Assembly (NCBI GenBank): GCA_938001965.1
Contig: CALLBC010000033.1
Location: forward strand, 1 to 57,691
DNA from: an uncultured Bdellovibrionales bacterium
GTDB lineage: Bacteria; Bdellovibrionota; Bdellovibrionia; Bdellovibrionales; UBA1609
Direction: 5' to 3'
DNA length: 57,691 bases
Position numbers and translations under genes: made by a program. Shown one piece after another: positions 25,416 through 37,522 of the stretch (position 1 is its first letter; each line of letters opens with the position of its first letter). The notes under the pieces were generated by a model. The model saw nothing but the letters and a program-made list of their open reading frames with translations. It had not been told where the DNA came from and made no database searches.

Positions 25416-28400
25416 TTGAACGGTTTAAATTTATTCTTTGATCATAAAGTAACTAGCCTAACTGCCCCAAAAATAGACATTACCGGACTAGATTCACCGG
25501 CAGCCCTGTCTTACTTGCTTAATTTTTCATCATTATCAGCTAATACTACTAACCTTATTATTGTCAGTAATGATAAAGAGGCTATGGAGCTCGAATCCTC
25601 CCTGTTGTTTTATGATAGCACTTATAAAGTCAGCTACTTACCTCACTTTCAAAGCCAAATGTATTCAGAGGTAATTCCTTCCACTCAGCTTATCCATAAG
25701 CGATTACAGTGGCTTTTTCATGCTCAAAATAACAGCATGTTCCCGCGGCGATATTTTATATCAACTTTACCAGCACTTGCGCAAAAAACCATTCCAATTG
25801 ATGCATTTATGGAGCATAGCTTTCAGCTTAGTGTTAACAGTGAGCTTCCAGATAATATTACTCAAAAGCTTTTAAGGATTGGCTATAACCAAGTGCCATT
25901 AGTGGAAGACCCCGGTGGGTTTGCTATGCGCGGAGGCATATTAGATATATTCTCTTCGGCTCACGACTCTCCGGTAAGAATAGAGCTTTTTGGCGATATT
26001 ATCGAATCTATCAAGTGTTTTAATCCCAAGAATCAAAGAAGCTCTGATAACATTGAACAAGTCACCATTATTCCAGCCAAAGAGAATATTTACTCTGATG
26101 AGAACCGACAAAAAATTTCACACTACTTAAAAAGCTCTGCTAACTCTCGAAATATTGATCCTTCAGATATTAAAGACTCCCTACAGGGTCTCACACACTG
26201 GAAATACTTCCATGGTTCAGACTATTTTATTAATGCTTTTTATGAACAACCTGAACATCCGATAAATTATTTTTCCAATAACCTTTCTGTGTGGTCACTA
26301 AACTCTCAATCACAATACCGGGCATACGATAAATTTATGGATAGCTTAAAAGAGCATTACAAATACTCTAAAGACCTCTCCCCACTTTTGCCTGATTATT
26401 CTAAAATCTTTTCGGCTCAAGAGGAAATTAAGTTTCCAAACAAATCTAAAGTAATTAATTTTTCGCAAATTCATTTTACTGACCTTAATGAAGACCATAG
26501 TTCAACCAATAATATTGAACTTAAGGTAAACTCTCTTGAGGACTTTAAAAAAAATTGTAGCAACTTAGCAAAAAATTCCCCTGAACAAATTAAAGAATTT
26601 TTACAAAAGAAAATTAATGACTGGAAAAATAGTGGCGTCACTCTATTTATAACCTCATCTTCTGATAATAATATACGCCAGCTTGAACTTTTACTGGAAG
26701 ACTATGACCTTGATATTATAAAATATAATGGCGATGAAGAGAGCCTTTACGAAACTGAAGTTCGCGAACAACGTAACAATCCAACTCGCTTAGCTTTAAT
26801 TAAAAAAAATCACCCTAATTCTCTTTATTTTAAAGATGATAAAATTATTTTTATTAGCCTCTCTGATATTTTAGGCAAGAAAAAGCCTTCCTCTTCTAAA
26901 AGTCAAAAAAATAGCTTTAAAAAGGCTCAAGCACTACACTTTTCGGACTTAAAACCCGGTGACTATATTGTACATAAAGAACATGGAGTTGGAATTTATA
27001 ATGGGCTGACATTAATGCCCATTGCAGGAATTGATGCTGAATTTCTTCAGCTGGAGTACAAAGGGGGAGATAAACTCTATTTACCCATTTATAGAATTGG
27101 ACAAATACAAAAGTTTACTGGCGCTGGTAGCGATCGCTTTATAGATAAACTTGGTGGACAAGCTTGGAAAAAAACTAAAACAAAGGTTAAAAGCAAGCTT
27201 AAGGATATGGCTGGCGAGCTTTTAAAACTCTATGCTGAAAGAGCACAAATCACTAGGCCCTCTTTTCCTCCGCCTAATAATGATTTTGAAAAATTTGTTA
27301 ACTTCTTTCCGTTTACTGAGACAAATGACCAATTAAATGCCATTAATCATGTTGTTAATGATATGACCTTAGACAAACCAATGGATCGTTTAATTTGTGG
27401 TGATGTGGGTTTTGGAAAAACAGAGGTTGCTATGAGAGCGGCTTTTAATAGCGTCAACGATGGTCGACAAGTAGCCATCATTGCCCCCACTACAATCCTC
27501 ACATTTCAGCATTTCGAAAATTTTAAAAAACGCTTCCAACACTGGCCTTTTAAAATTTGTTGTTTAAATAGATTTGTAAGCTCTTCAAAAGTTAAAAAAA
27601 ATATCCAAGAAATAAAAGATGGCAAAGTTGATATAGTTATTGGAACACATCGACTTTTTAGTAAAGATGTTGAGTTTAACAATTTAGGGCTACTTATTAT
27701 TGATGAGGAGCAAAAATTTGGCGTTAAACATAAAGAAAAAATAAGATCTATAAAAACTAATGTGGACACTTTAACTTTATCTGCCACACCTATTCCTCGC
27801 ACTTTAAATATGAGTTTTTTGGGCCTAAGAGACTTAAGCTTAATTAATACGGCCCCTGTAGACCGTCTACCAACTAGAACTTTTATTTGTAAGTATGAAG
27901 AGCATACAATAAAAAAAGCCATACAAAATGAAGTTGAACGTGGCGGACAAGTTTTCTTTTTGCATAATCGTGTAAATAATATTGAAACAGTCGCTCATGA
28001 GCTGCGCGAGTTACTGCCCAATGTTAAGTTTGCAATAGGTCATGGTCAAATGAAGGAAAGCGAGCTTGAAAAAGTTATGGTTAGTTTTTTCAACAAAGAA
28101 GTGGATGTATTAATTTCCACTACTATTATTGAATCCGGCATGGATATACCAAATGCTAATACTATTATAATTAATAATGCTCAAAACCTTGGTTTGAGCC
28201 AGCTTTACCAACTTAGAGGCCGAGTGGGGAGGAGTTCCAAAAGAGCTTATTGTTATTTAATGATTCCTCAAAATAAGGCTTTAGATAAACAGGCTCTCGA
28301 ACGGCTTAAAGTTATCCAGCAAAACTCCGAGCTTGGTAGTGGAATTACAATTGCTCAATATGACCTTGAGTTACGTGGCTCAGGCGATCTACTTGGTGAG

Positions 28401-28943
28401 AACCAAAGTGGACATATTAATGCTGTTGGTTATGAGCTATACATGGACCTACTAAAAGAAGCTATTAATGAACAGAAGGATCAACCGGAAGTTATTAACT
28501 CACTAGAACCAGAAATAAGTCTTCGCATTCCGGCTTTAATTCCAGACAAATATATTTCTGATATAAGGCTACGCCTATCTTACTATAAGAGTTTATCTGA
28601 CATTGAAAGTATTGACGAAATTGACACTATTGAGTCCGACCTCCGTGATCAATTTGGAAAACTTCCTGAAGAAGTTATTAATTTACTTGGGATTATGCTC
28701 ATTCGCTTTTTATGTAAGAAGTTATTTATTAAAGATTTGTCGCAAGCAAAAAAAGGAATCACTCTTGTTTTTACTTCTGACACCCCTCTTAAAACTGAAC
28801 AAGTTTTAAAGCTCACATCTCGTGCTGATAATAAGTATTCATTAACTCCTGAAAGTAAACTACTTATACATATGAAAGATAAATCTTGGGAGCGTATTTA
28901 TGAGGAAATTTCTTATTTAGCAAAGCTTACTAATCTTATTTAA
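25416..28943 (+). CDS. mfd: Transcription-repair coupling factor
   Basis: UvrB-homology RGGILDIF, CarD-like domain VHKEHGVG, DRLICGDVGFGKTEVA, DEEQKFG, QLRGRVGRS and TRCF C-terminus; TTG start. Confidence 0.98.
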   Translation: MNGLNLFFDHKVTSLTAPKIDITGLDSPAALSYLLNFSSLSANTTNLIIVSNDKEAMELESSLLFYDSTYKVSYLPHFQSQMYSEVIPSTQLIHKRLQWLFHAQNNSMFPRRYFISTLPALAQKTIPIDAFMEHSFQLSVNSELPDNITQKLLRIGYNQVPLVEDPGGFAMRGGILDIFSSAHDSPVRIELFGDIIESIKCFNPKNQRSSDNIEQVTIIPAKENIYSDENRQKISHYLKSSANSRNIDPSDIKDSLQGLTHWKYFHGSDYFINAFYEQPEHPINYFSNNLSVWSLNSQSQYRAYDKFMDSLKEHYKYSKDLSPLLPDYSKIFSAQEEIKFPNKSKVINFSQIHFTDLNEDHSSTNNIELKVNSLEDFKKNCSNLAKNSPEQIKEFLQKKINDWKNSGVTLFITSSSDNNIRQLELLLEDYDLDIIKYNGDEESLYETEVREQRNNPTRLALIKKNHPNSLYFKDDKIIFISLSDILGKKKPSSSKSQKNSFKKAQALHFSDLKPGDYIVHKEHGVGIYNGLTLMPIAGIDAEFLQLEYKGGDKLYLPIYRIGQIQKFTGAGSDRFIDKLGGQAWKKTKTKVKSKLKDMAGELLKLYAERAQITRPSFPPPNNDFEKFVNFFPFTETNDQLNAINHVVNDMTLDKPMDRLICGDVGFGKTEVAMRAAFNSVNDGRQVAIIAPTTILTFQHFENFKKRFQHWPFKICCLNRFVSSSKVKKNIQEIKDGKVDIVIGTHRLFSKDVEFNNLGLLIIDEEQKFGVKHKEKIRSIKTNVDTLTLSATPIPRTLNMSFLGLRDLSLINTAPVDRLPTRTFICKYEEHTIKKAIQNEVERGGQVFFLHNRVNNIETVAHELRELLPNVKFAIGHGQMKESELEKVMVSFFNKEVDVLISTTIIESGMDIPNANTIIINNAQNLGLSQLYQLRGRVGRSSKRAYCYLMIPQNKALDKQALERLKVIQQNSELGSGITIAQYDLELRGSGDLLGENQSGHINAVGYELYMDLLKEAINEQKDQPEVINSLEPEISLRIPALIPDKYISDIRLRLSYYKSLSDIESIDEIDTIESDLRDQFGKLPEEVINLLGIMLIRFLCKKLFIKDLSQAKKGITLVFTSDTPLKTEQVLKLTSRADNKYSLTPESKLLIHMKDKSWERIYEEISYLAKLTNLI

Positions 28944-29791
28944 AACTCAACCTTCATTCCTGCACTTGCATAAAGCGCCGCAAAGCCAGGGTCTTTTTCA
29001 TCTAAGGAGTTAGTCATATAATTTGCTTCAATAAATACAAATGTATTTTCTATTCCACTAGATTGATAGCCCTCTCTAGCGGCGCTATCATCAAGCCAGT
29101 CAATTTGGAACATTAAGCCACCCGATGCATAAAATGCTAAAAGTGTTGTTCCTTCTAGGGTTGTGAAATTACCCTCCTCTTTATAATAAGTAGAATATAT
29201 TCCACCATGTATATAAGGAACAACCCAAGGTTCTTTCCACAAAGTATCAAGCTCAAATATAAATCCAAGCTTTAATGGAACAATCATTAATTCTGCGCCA
29301 AAGCCGGGAACATCTGATTCTGTTTTGAAGTATCCAGCAGAGCCAATTATACCCATGGTAAGATAGTCAAAGTTTCTTTTAAAGGTCGCTTCAATTGATA
29401 AAAGCCCAAGCGACGGAACTGGGTAGAACTCAGAGAAATCTGCTGGAACTTGATCAATTTTGTATTCGCTGGGGTTATATAATCCATAGGATACACCCCA
29501 AACCTGTCCCCACTTTTTCCTTCTCATTCTATAGGGAACCATCTCCATTTTCCCTGCAGAGGTCACTGGTATAATATTTCTTGGCTCAACAATTACTTTG
29601 TTGTCTTTGTTGCCATTATTTACTTTTTCAACTTTCCTTAAAACTCCAACTTCATTACGTTTAGGTTTAACTAACTTTTCTAATGCTTCTTCATCACCAA
29701 ACTCATCAAAGTCATCTGCAGCAAAAGATAGTGGCAGTGTTAAAAATACTGTCAGCAAAGCAATAATTATTTTATATAAGTAAATTCCCAT
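28940..29791 (-). CDS. Putative outer-membrane beta-barrel protein
   Basis: Signal peptide (SFA-A), alternating aromatic beta-strands (WVVPYIHGG), C-terminal beta-signal GMKVEF. Confidence 0.75.
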   Translation of the reverse strand: MGIYLYKIIIALLTVFLTLPLSFAADDFDEFGDEEALEKLVKPKRNEVGVLRKVEKVNNGNKDNKVIVEPRNIIPVTSAGKMEMVPYRMRRKKWGQVWGVSYGLYNPSEYKIDQVPADFSEFYPVPSLGLLSIEATFKRNFDYLTMGIIGSAGYFKTESDVPGFGAELMIVPLKLGFIFELDTLWKEPWVVPYIHGGIYSTYYKEEGNFTTLEGTTLLAFYASGGLMFQIDWLDDSAAREGYQSSGIENTFVFIEANYMTNSLDEKDPGFAALYASAGMKVEF

Positions 29792-29986
29792 ACTTTCATC
29801 ATAATGCCCTATATTAGTTCAAGCAAGTTTTAAGGCCACTTGTGGCCAACCAATTAAAACTAAAGGCAAGTCTAGTTATGACCTTTCTACGTATTATATT
29901 CATATTTTAATTGTTCAATTCCTTGGATGTGTAATTAACTATATTATTTAAGTAGACAACAAATATACTTAGCAATTGGAAATTAC

Positions 29987-31606
29987 ATGCGAATCTTAAA
30001 ATACTTATTACTATCTATGATTTTTATTTTTACAAATAATCTTCTGGCAGATCAAAGCCCTCAAGATATTCTTAATAAAATGAGTCTCAATGAAAAAATT
30101 AATCAATTATTTATCTTTAATGTACATAAACCTGTTGTTGATAAAAGCTTCCGCACAGCTTTAAAGTCACACCATCCTGGGTCTTATATTTTATTTGGAA
30201 AAGATATTTTGTCAGCGAGGTCACTTTATAACCTAACTCATAAACTGCAAAGGCAATATAAAAAATTAAACTTATTGCCCGCTTTAATTATGATTGATCA
30301 AGAAGGGGGACATGTTACTCGTATAAATACACGTCCAAATTTACCAAGCCCTTTATCAGTTAGTACCGCTGGCTCGCCATCTCTCAGTTACAAAGTGGGG
30401 CTAGAGACATCTAATATACTTAAAGTATTAGGCGTTAATGTTAACCTTGCTCCTGTTGTAGACTTATCTGACCCATTTAAATATAACTTTATTGGCAACA
30501 GGTCTTTTGGTGATAATCCTCAAAAAGTTACACAATATGCTAGTACCCAAGCCATGGCATTAGAAGAAAATTCTATTATGCCAACCTTTAAACACTTCCC
30601 AGGTCACGGTGGGCTTGTTCAGGATAGCCATAAAGATTTACCAAAAAAATTATCCACACTGGATGATCTTAGAAAACACGAGCTTTTACCTTATAAAACT
30701 CTTATTAAGCAACATCCTGATGCGGCTATTTTAGTTGGGCATATTGCTTTCCCTAAGATTGATAAATCTGGTGTTCCTGCAACATTTTCTAAAGTTTTAC
30801 TTACTGATCTTTTGAAAAAAGAAATGGGCTTTAAGGGGTTAGTGATTACTGATGACTTACAAATGCATGCCTTAAAAAACTTTGGAAACTTAAATGAAAG
30901 AGCTAAACTTGCGTTTAATGCTGGTGCTGATTTATTAATGGTTACTGGCAGCTATAAAACACAATCTCGATTACTAAGAAACTTTAAAAAATTAGTTAAT
31001 AACAAATCAATTCCAATGAAACGCGTAGATGAGACTGTGTTAAAAGTAATTAGTGCAAAGTTAAAAATTAAAAAGAATTTTTACAATGGCTCAATCAGTT
31101 ATGCACAGGCAGTTCCAAAAATTAAGGCTAGTGTTGCTCGCTTAAAAACGAATAGTGACCAAATTATTAAAAATAATCTACAACATTCTATGTCCAACAT
31201 AATACCCATTCTCAGCGACGAGCTTTCTAGCGTTAACCAAATCAAAGTTTTCTCTGCTCACGGTAGTTTTTACAAACAAGTAAAAAAATATTTTCCTAAA
31301 AAGAAATTTAATCTTCACTATTTAAAAAAATCTAATAATAAAAATTTAAAGTCTCGCCGCCTCGCGAGCAATAGAGATTTAAATCTCTTCTATGTCACAG
31401 GCATGGGGACGCTAAGAATGCTTAATAAACTTCCGAAAAGTGTTAAGAATAAAACTATTGTTATTAACTCTACCCACCCGGGGGCAATTAAAAACAGCGA
31501 TGCATATAAAAATGTTGTGAATGTTAATACACCCTATGTGTACTCTGGAAAGCTTTTTTCTAAAATCTTAATTGATGAGAAGCGAAACACTCGCTCCTCA
31601 AAGTAA
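29987..31606 (+). CDS. nagZ: GH3 beta-N-acetylhexosaminidase (NagZ-like), exported
   Basis: IDQEGG, NLAPVVD, RSFG, KHFPGHG...DSH dyad and ITDDL nucleophile; N-terminal signal peptide. Confidence 0.85.
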   Translation: MRILKYLLLSMIFIFTNNLLADQSPQDILNKMSLNEKINQLFIFNVHKPVVDKSFRTALKSHHPGSYILFGKDILSARSLYNLTHKLQRQYKKLNLLPALIMIDQEGGHVTRINTRPNLPSPLSVSTAGSPSLSYKVGLETSNILKVLGVNVNLAPVVDLSDPFKYNFIGNRSFGDNPQKVTQYASTQAMALEENSIMPTFKHFPGHGGLVQDSHKDLPKKLSTLDDLRKHELLPYKTLIKQHPDAAILVGHIAFPKIDKSGVPATFSKVLLTDLLKKEMGFKGLVITDDLQMHALKNFGNLNERAKLAFNAGADLLMVTGSYKTQSRLLRNFKKLVNNKSIPMKRVDETVLKVISAKLKIKKNFYNGSISYAQAVPKIKASVARLKTNSDQIIKNNLQHSMSNIIPILSDELSSVNQIKVFSAHGSFYKQVKKYFPKKKFNLHYLKKSNNKNLKSRRLASNRDLNLFYVTGMGTLRMLNKLPKSVKNKTIVINSTHPGAIKNSDAYKNVVNVNTPYVYSGKLFSKILIDEKRNTRSSK

Positions 31607-31610
31607 AGAT

Positions 31611-32003
31611 TTATACGTCTAGCCTCATTTGTGCTTTTTTAATTTTATTTATGTACTTATCAGTTTCTTCAATTGATAAGTTTCCGTCACTTAGAACTTT
31701 TTCTGAATTTTCTAAAGCTTTCTTAGCTCTTATTTTATCTACTAAATCTGAACGCTCTGCTGTTTCTGCTAATACTTTAATAACATTACCCGCTATTTCA
31801 CAGTACCCCCAGCTGATTGCATACTTTTCAAATGTAGAGCTTCCTTTTTCTTTAAATTTTAAAACTCCAATTCCAAGCGTTGTAATCAAAGGGGCATGTC
31901 CTGCTAAAACTGTAAGCTGACCTTTGTAACCAGGTATTAAAACCTCTTCTACTTCCTGATCAACAATCAGCTTTTTTTGTGGCGTAACAATGGATAATAA
32001 CAT
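31611..32003 (-). CDS. atpC: ATP synthase F1 epsilon
   Basis: IVTP, GQLTVLAGHAPLIT motifs; position after atpD. Confidence 0.96.
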   Translation of the reverse strand: MLLSIVTPQKKLIVDQEVEEVLIPGYKGQLTVLAGHAPLITTLGIGVLKFKEKGSSTFEKYAISWGYCEIAGNVIKVLAETAERSDLVDKIRAKKALENSEKVLSDGNLSIEETDKYINKIKKAQMRLDV

Positions 32004-32015
32004 TTTTACTTTGTC

Positions 32016-33419
<1,404 letters not shown>

Positions 33420-33441
33420 TTACTCCTCACGTAAAATCTAA

Positions 33442-34323
33442 TTAGCCTTTTAAAGCCTCAGCACCACTACAAATTTCTGTTAACTCCGTAGTAATAGCTG
33501 CTTGTCTAAGTTTATTATATGTTAATGTTAAATTACTGATCATATCTTTTGCGTTATTAGTGGCGCTATCCATAGCCGTCATTCTAGCTGCATGTTCTGC
33601 TGCAATACTCTCAGATAAAATTCTATATACCTGTACCGTAAAGTGTTTTTTAAGTAGCACTTCAATAATATCTTCTGGCTTAGGTTCAAATATTAGGTCT
33701 TCAGAAAATTTATTTCCATCATCAGATTTAAAAACTGAGTTTTGTAAATCTACTGGTAAAATTGTTTCCGAAGTTCTTTCTTGGACTAATACAGACTGGA
33801 ATTCATTGTAAATAAAACGAATCTCATCATAATCACCGGCTAAAAAGCCTTTAATAATTTTATCAGCAACCTCGGCCGCCATATCGTAAGAAATATCTTT
33901 CGCCATATTTAAAATATGATCCACGCTTTTAATTTCTCTGCGATTAAAATGATCAAGAGCTCTTCTGCCAATTACAAAAAGGTCTAACTTATCAAGCTGA
34001 CTAACATTTTCTTTGTAATAGTTTTCTGCGTATTTATTAATATTACTATTAAAGCCCGCACATAAACCCCTATCACTAGTTACTACAACTAATAACACAT
34101 TTCTTGGGTTAGTTTTTTGCTCTAAAAGTGGATGTTCAATACGGTTAGTTTTTGCTACATCTGCAATTACGCCTAAAAGACCCATAGCATAAGGCCTTAA
34201 GTTCGTAATATTATTTTGGGCACGATTAAGTTTTGCAGCAGAAACCATTTTCATGGCTTTTGTTATCTGCTGAGTATTCTTAACACTCCCAATTCTGAGT
34301 TTAATATCTTTTAAACTTGCCAC
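33442..34323 (-). CDS. atpG: ATP synthase F1 gamma
   Basis: ITKAMKMVSAAK, SDRGLC and RQAAITTELTEI motifs; GTG start. Confidence 0.98.
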   Translation of the reverse strand: MASLKDIKLRIGSVKNTQQITKAMKMVSAAKLNRAQNNITNLRPYAMGLLGVIADVAKTNRIEHPLLEQKTNPRNVLLVVVTSDRGLCAGFNSNINKYAENYYKENVSQLDKLDLFVIGRRALDHFNRREIKSVDHILNMAKDISYDMAAEVADKIIKGFLAGDYDEIRFIYNEFQSVLVQERTSETILPVDLQNSVFKSDDGNKFSEDLIFEPKPEDIIEVLLKKHFTVQVYRILSESIAAEHAARMTAMDSATNNAKDMISNLTLTYNKLRQAAITTELTEICSGAEALKG

Positions 34324-34337
34324 TAATTACCCTTTAC

Positions 34338-35849
34338 CTATTTAAATACAGCTTTAAATTCTTCTAAAGCACCTTTAAGGTCAGATTTAATATCGTCAGT
34401 CATCTTCTTTTCAGCTTTAACTTTATCTAAAATTCCTGAGTATTTATTTTTGATAAACTCAATTAACTGAGATTCGAATTCTTTTGCTCGTGAAACTTCA
34501 AAATCATCTAAATAGCCATTTGTAGCTGCATAAATAATTAAAATTTGTTCTTCAACATGAAGTGGAGCATATTGATCTTGTTTTAGAATTTCAACCAGGC
34601 GCTTACCTCTTTCAAGCTGTGCCTGCGTCGCTTTATCTAAGTCAGATGCAAAGGCTGAGAACGCCTCTAGCTCACGGAATGTTGCAAGATCAAGTTTTAA
34701 TGTACCCGCCACCTGTTTCATCGCTTTAATTTGAGCAGCACCACCAACACGTGACACTGACTTACCAACTGAGATTGCTGGTCTAATACCTTTATAAAAT
34801 AGTTCAGACTCCAAAAAGATTTGACCATCTGTAATGGAAATTACGTTTGTAGGAATATAAGCAGAAATATCACCTGCTTGTGTTTCAATGATAGGAAGTG
34901 CTGTTAATGAACCACCGCCCATTTCATCACTCACTTTTGCTGCACGCTCAAGTAGTCTTGAATGTAAATAAAATACATCACCTGGGTATGCTTCACGGCC
35001 TGGAGGTCTTCTTAATAGTAGTGATAATTCACGATAAGCTTGTGCTTGTTTTGTTAAATCATCATAAATAATTAAGGCATGTCCGCCATTATCTCTGAAA
35101 TGCTCAGCCATAGCACAACCTGAAAATGGTGCTAAAAACTGTAATGGAGCTGGAGATGATGCTGGAGCTGCAACAATAGTTGTATAATCTAATGCGCCGG
35201 CTTTATTTAACTTCTCAACAACCTGTGCAATTGTTGATGCCTTTTGCCCTATTGCTACGTAAAAGCACTGAACATTCTGACCTTTTTGATTGATAATAGT
35301 ATCAATTGCAATTGCTGTTTTTCCAGTTTGTCTATCGCCAATAATTAACTCACGCTGACCACGCCCAATTGGGATCATAGCATCAATGGATTTAATTCCT
35401 GTAGCCAGTGACTCTTCAACTGGCTGTCTTGCAATAATTCCAGGGGCTTTTAATTCAACTACACGCGATTTATCTGTTTTAATAGGGCCCTTGCCATCAA
35501 TTGGGTTACCTAAAACATCTACAACACGTCCAAGTAAGGCTTCTCCAACTGGAACTTGAACAATCTTTTTTGTTCTTTTAACTACGTCGCCTTCTTTAAT
35601 TGCTCTATCTTGTCCTAAGATAACGGCACCAACACTATCTTCTTCTAAGTTTAGTACCATTCCAAAAACATCACCTGGAAATTCAACTAGCTCACCAGCC
35701 ATAACATTTTCTAGACCATAAATTTTTGCAACACCATCACCAACTGATAACACGTTCCCAACTTCACTAACTTCAATCTTTTTATTAAAGTTTTTTATTT
35801 GATCTTTTAGCACTCGGCTAATTTCATCTGCGCGTATTGATAATTCCAT
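34338..35849 (-). CDS. atpA: ATP synthase F1 alpha
   Basis: GDRQTGKT and [23 protein letters not shown] motifs. Confidence 0.99.
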   Translation of the reverse strand: MELSIRADEISRVLKDQIKNFNKKIEVSEVGNVLSVGDGVAKIYGLENVMAGELVEFPGDVFGMVLNLEEDSVGAVILGQDRAIKEGDVVKRTKKIVQVPVGEALLGRVVDVLGNPIDGKGPIKTDKSRVVELKAPGIIARQPVEESLATGIKSIDAMIPIGRGQRELIIGDRQTGKTAIAIDTIINQKGQNVQCFYVAIGQKASTIAQVVEKLNKAGALDYTTIVAAPASSPAPLQFLAPFSGCAMAEHFRDNGGHALIIYDDLTKQAQAYRELSLLLRRPPGREAYPGDVFYLHSRLLERAAKVSDEMGGGSLTALPIIETQAGDISAYIPTNVISITDGQIFLESELFYKGIRPAISVGKSVSRVGGAAQIKAMKQVAGTLKLDLATFRELEAFSAFASDLDKATQAQLERGKRLVEILKQDQYAPLHVEEQILIIYAATNGYLDDFEVSRAKEFESQLIEFIKNKYSGILDKVKAEKKMTDDIKSDLKGALEEFKAVFK

Positions 35850-36395
35850 TTAATGAACTCTCCTTTTGAGGTCTTCATTGAGGCGATTTAAATGCATTGA
35901 AAGTGTATCATCGAAAGTATAACCCTCAACTCTTGCAATCAAACCACCAATTAATTTACTGTCTTCTTTATATGTTAAAATTACTCTTTTATTTGTCTTC
36001 TTAGATACTAGATCTGATATTTGCTCGCGCTCAGAAGGACTTAACAGGTGTGAAGAGATTACTTCACCTCTTGTTACACCATTATCTTCATCAATAAAAA
36101 TTTGGAAACATTCAACAATCTCACTCAAGATTGATGTTCTACCTTTCTCCGCTAAAACCATTAAAAAGTTCTTAATTTCTTCTGAAAAATCAAACTTATT
36201 GGCAATAGTAGAAACAGCCTTACTTTTATCTTGAGCTGTAAGCCTTGGATCTTGGAAAAAGCTAGCAACCTCTTTATCTGAAAAAGACTCTTTAAGAACC
36301 TTTAGCTCTTTATAAATTAAGTCTGTCTTGTTGCTTGATTTTCCTGTTTTAAAAATTGCTTGCGCATAGCTTTTTGCTAAAGTTGAGTTCTTCAT
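35850..36395 (-). CDS. atpH: ATP synthase F1 delta
   Basis: AKSYAQA and DSKLIGG motifs; position before atpA. Confidence 0.95.
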   Translation of the reverse strand: MKNSTLAKSYAQAIFKTGKSSNKTDLIYKELKVLKESFSDKEVASFFQDPRLTAQDKSKAVSTIANKFDFSEEIKNFLMVLAEKGRTSILSEIVECFQIFIDEDNGVTRGEVISSHLLSPSEREQISDLVSKKTNKRVILTYKEDSKLIGGLIARVEGYTFDDTLSMHLNRLNEDLKRRVH

Positions 36396-36952
36396 TGCTT
36401 AACCACCTGAATATTTTTCATAAACTCTTCTTTTAATCTCTGAAGCTCTGGTTGGCTAATCTCGTCAGATATATCTACCCTTGCTTTTTCAAATGATTTT
36501 TTAAGTAAATTTAGTTTTAAATCACTAATTACTTTGCCCAGTTGATTTTGCACCTTGCCTTCAGCATCAGAAATGATTCTATCTGATGCCGCTTGAGTTT
36601 CTGCTAAAAACTTTGTTGTGTTTTCTTTAGCTTGAACCTCTGAATCTTGTATTGATTTTTCTGCATTTAACTTTAAGCTCTGAAGTCTTTCTTTGATTTC
36701 GTTTCTTTTAGCGATTGCATTTTCTTTGATTTCTTGAGCTTTTTTGTACTCTTCATCAAACTTATCCACCCTACCGGCAAATAACTCTCTTACCTTATCT
36801 TTTAAGAAATAAATTAGTAAGCCGATAGCAAGTACTACGTTTACAACTTGTGCTTTAATTACATCCCAAGGAATTTCGTGTGGGCCTGCACCGCCGGCAC
36901 CATATGTTAACTCGCTTAATAAAACAAAAACAACAATTACTAAAAATCTCAT
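36392..36952 (-). CDS. atpF: ATP synthase F0 subunit b
   Basis: TM helix followed by a long coiled coil; N-terminal extension; position before atpH. Confidence 0.85.
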   Translation of the reverse strand: MRFLVIVVFVLLSELTYGAGGAGPHEIPWDVIKAQVVNVVLAIGLLIYFLKDKVRELFAGRVDKFDEEYKKAQEIKENAIAKRNEIKERLQSLKLNAEKSIQDSEVQAKENTTKFLAETQAASDRIISDAEGKVQNQLGKVISDLKLNLLKKSFEKARVDISDEISQPELQRLKEEFMKNIQVVKQ

Positions 36953-36954
36953 CC

Positions 36955-37398
36955 TTAGCTTGCTCCTTTGCCAACAACGCTGTTTTTTATTAGCTCCGCG
37001 ATTGGTGCAATTTCTTGCTCAAGCTCAGAATACATTTTACTTTTTGTTTCTTCTAATTTTAACTCAGAGCTTTTTCTATACTCTTCAGCCTTTAGGTTAG
37101 CAGCTTTTAAAATTTTAGTTTGTTCATCTACAGCTAACTTTTTTTCTGTATCAAAAATCTTTTTAATTTTTATATTTAGTGCCTTAGCATTTTCTTCATA
37201 TTCTGTTTCTAGTTCTTCAGTTTCTTGAGTTAGTTTTGTGGCATCATCTTCACTACCAACAGTTCTGTTATATCTTTCCATATAAGCTTTGAAATATGGC
37301 ATAAACACCATACGAGTAAGAATTAAATAGGCAACAACAAATACAACAAACTGAATTCCAATAGTGCCATTAATACCTAGAGACTTTAACAATTCCAT
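36955..37398 (-). CDS. ATP synthase F0 subunit b'
   Basis: LGIN...IQFVVF TM segment, FMP...ER motif and coiled coil; second b-type gene. Confidence 0.85.
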   Translation of the reverse strand: MELLKSLGINGTIGIQFVVFVVAYLILTRMVFMPYFKAYMERYNRTVGSEDDATKLTQETEELETEYEENAKALNIKIKKIFDTEKKLAVDEQTKILKAANLKAEEYRKSSELKLEETKSKMYSELEQEIAPIAELIKNSVVGKGAS

Positions 37399-37522
37399 AG
37401 TTTTCCCAGTTAGATTTTGGATTATGGTTAACCTGGTGGATATTTTTGGTCAAGCTCAAATAAAGGTATTTATTGAGAATTTAGAGTTGCTGCACATTGT
37501 GCATGTCACCTGATGTCAGAAG

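Noticed and set aside
35807-35815. TTAGCACTC, a CIRCE left arm
   Set aside because: Inside atpA and the right arm GAGTGCTAA is missing.
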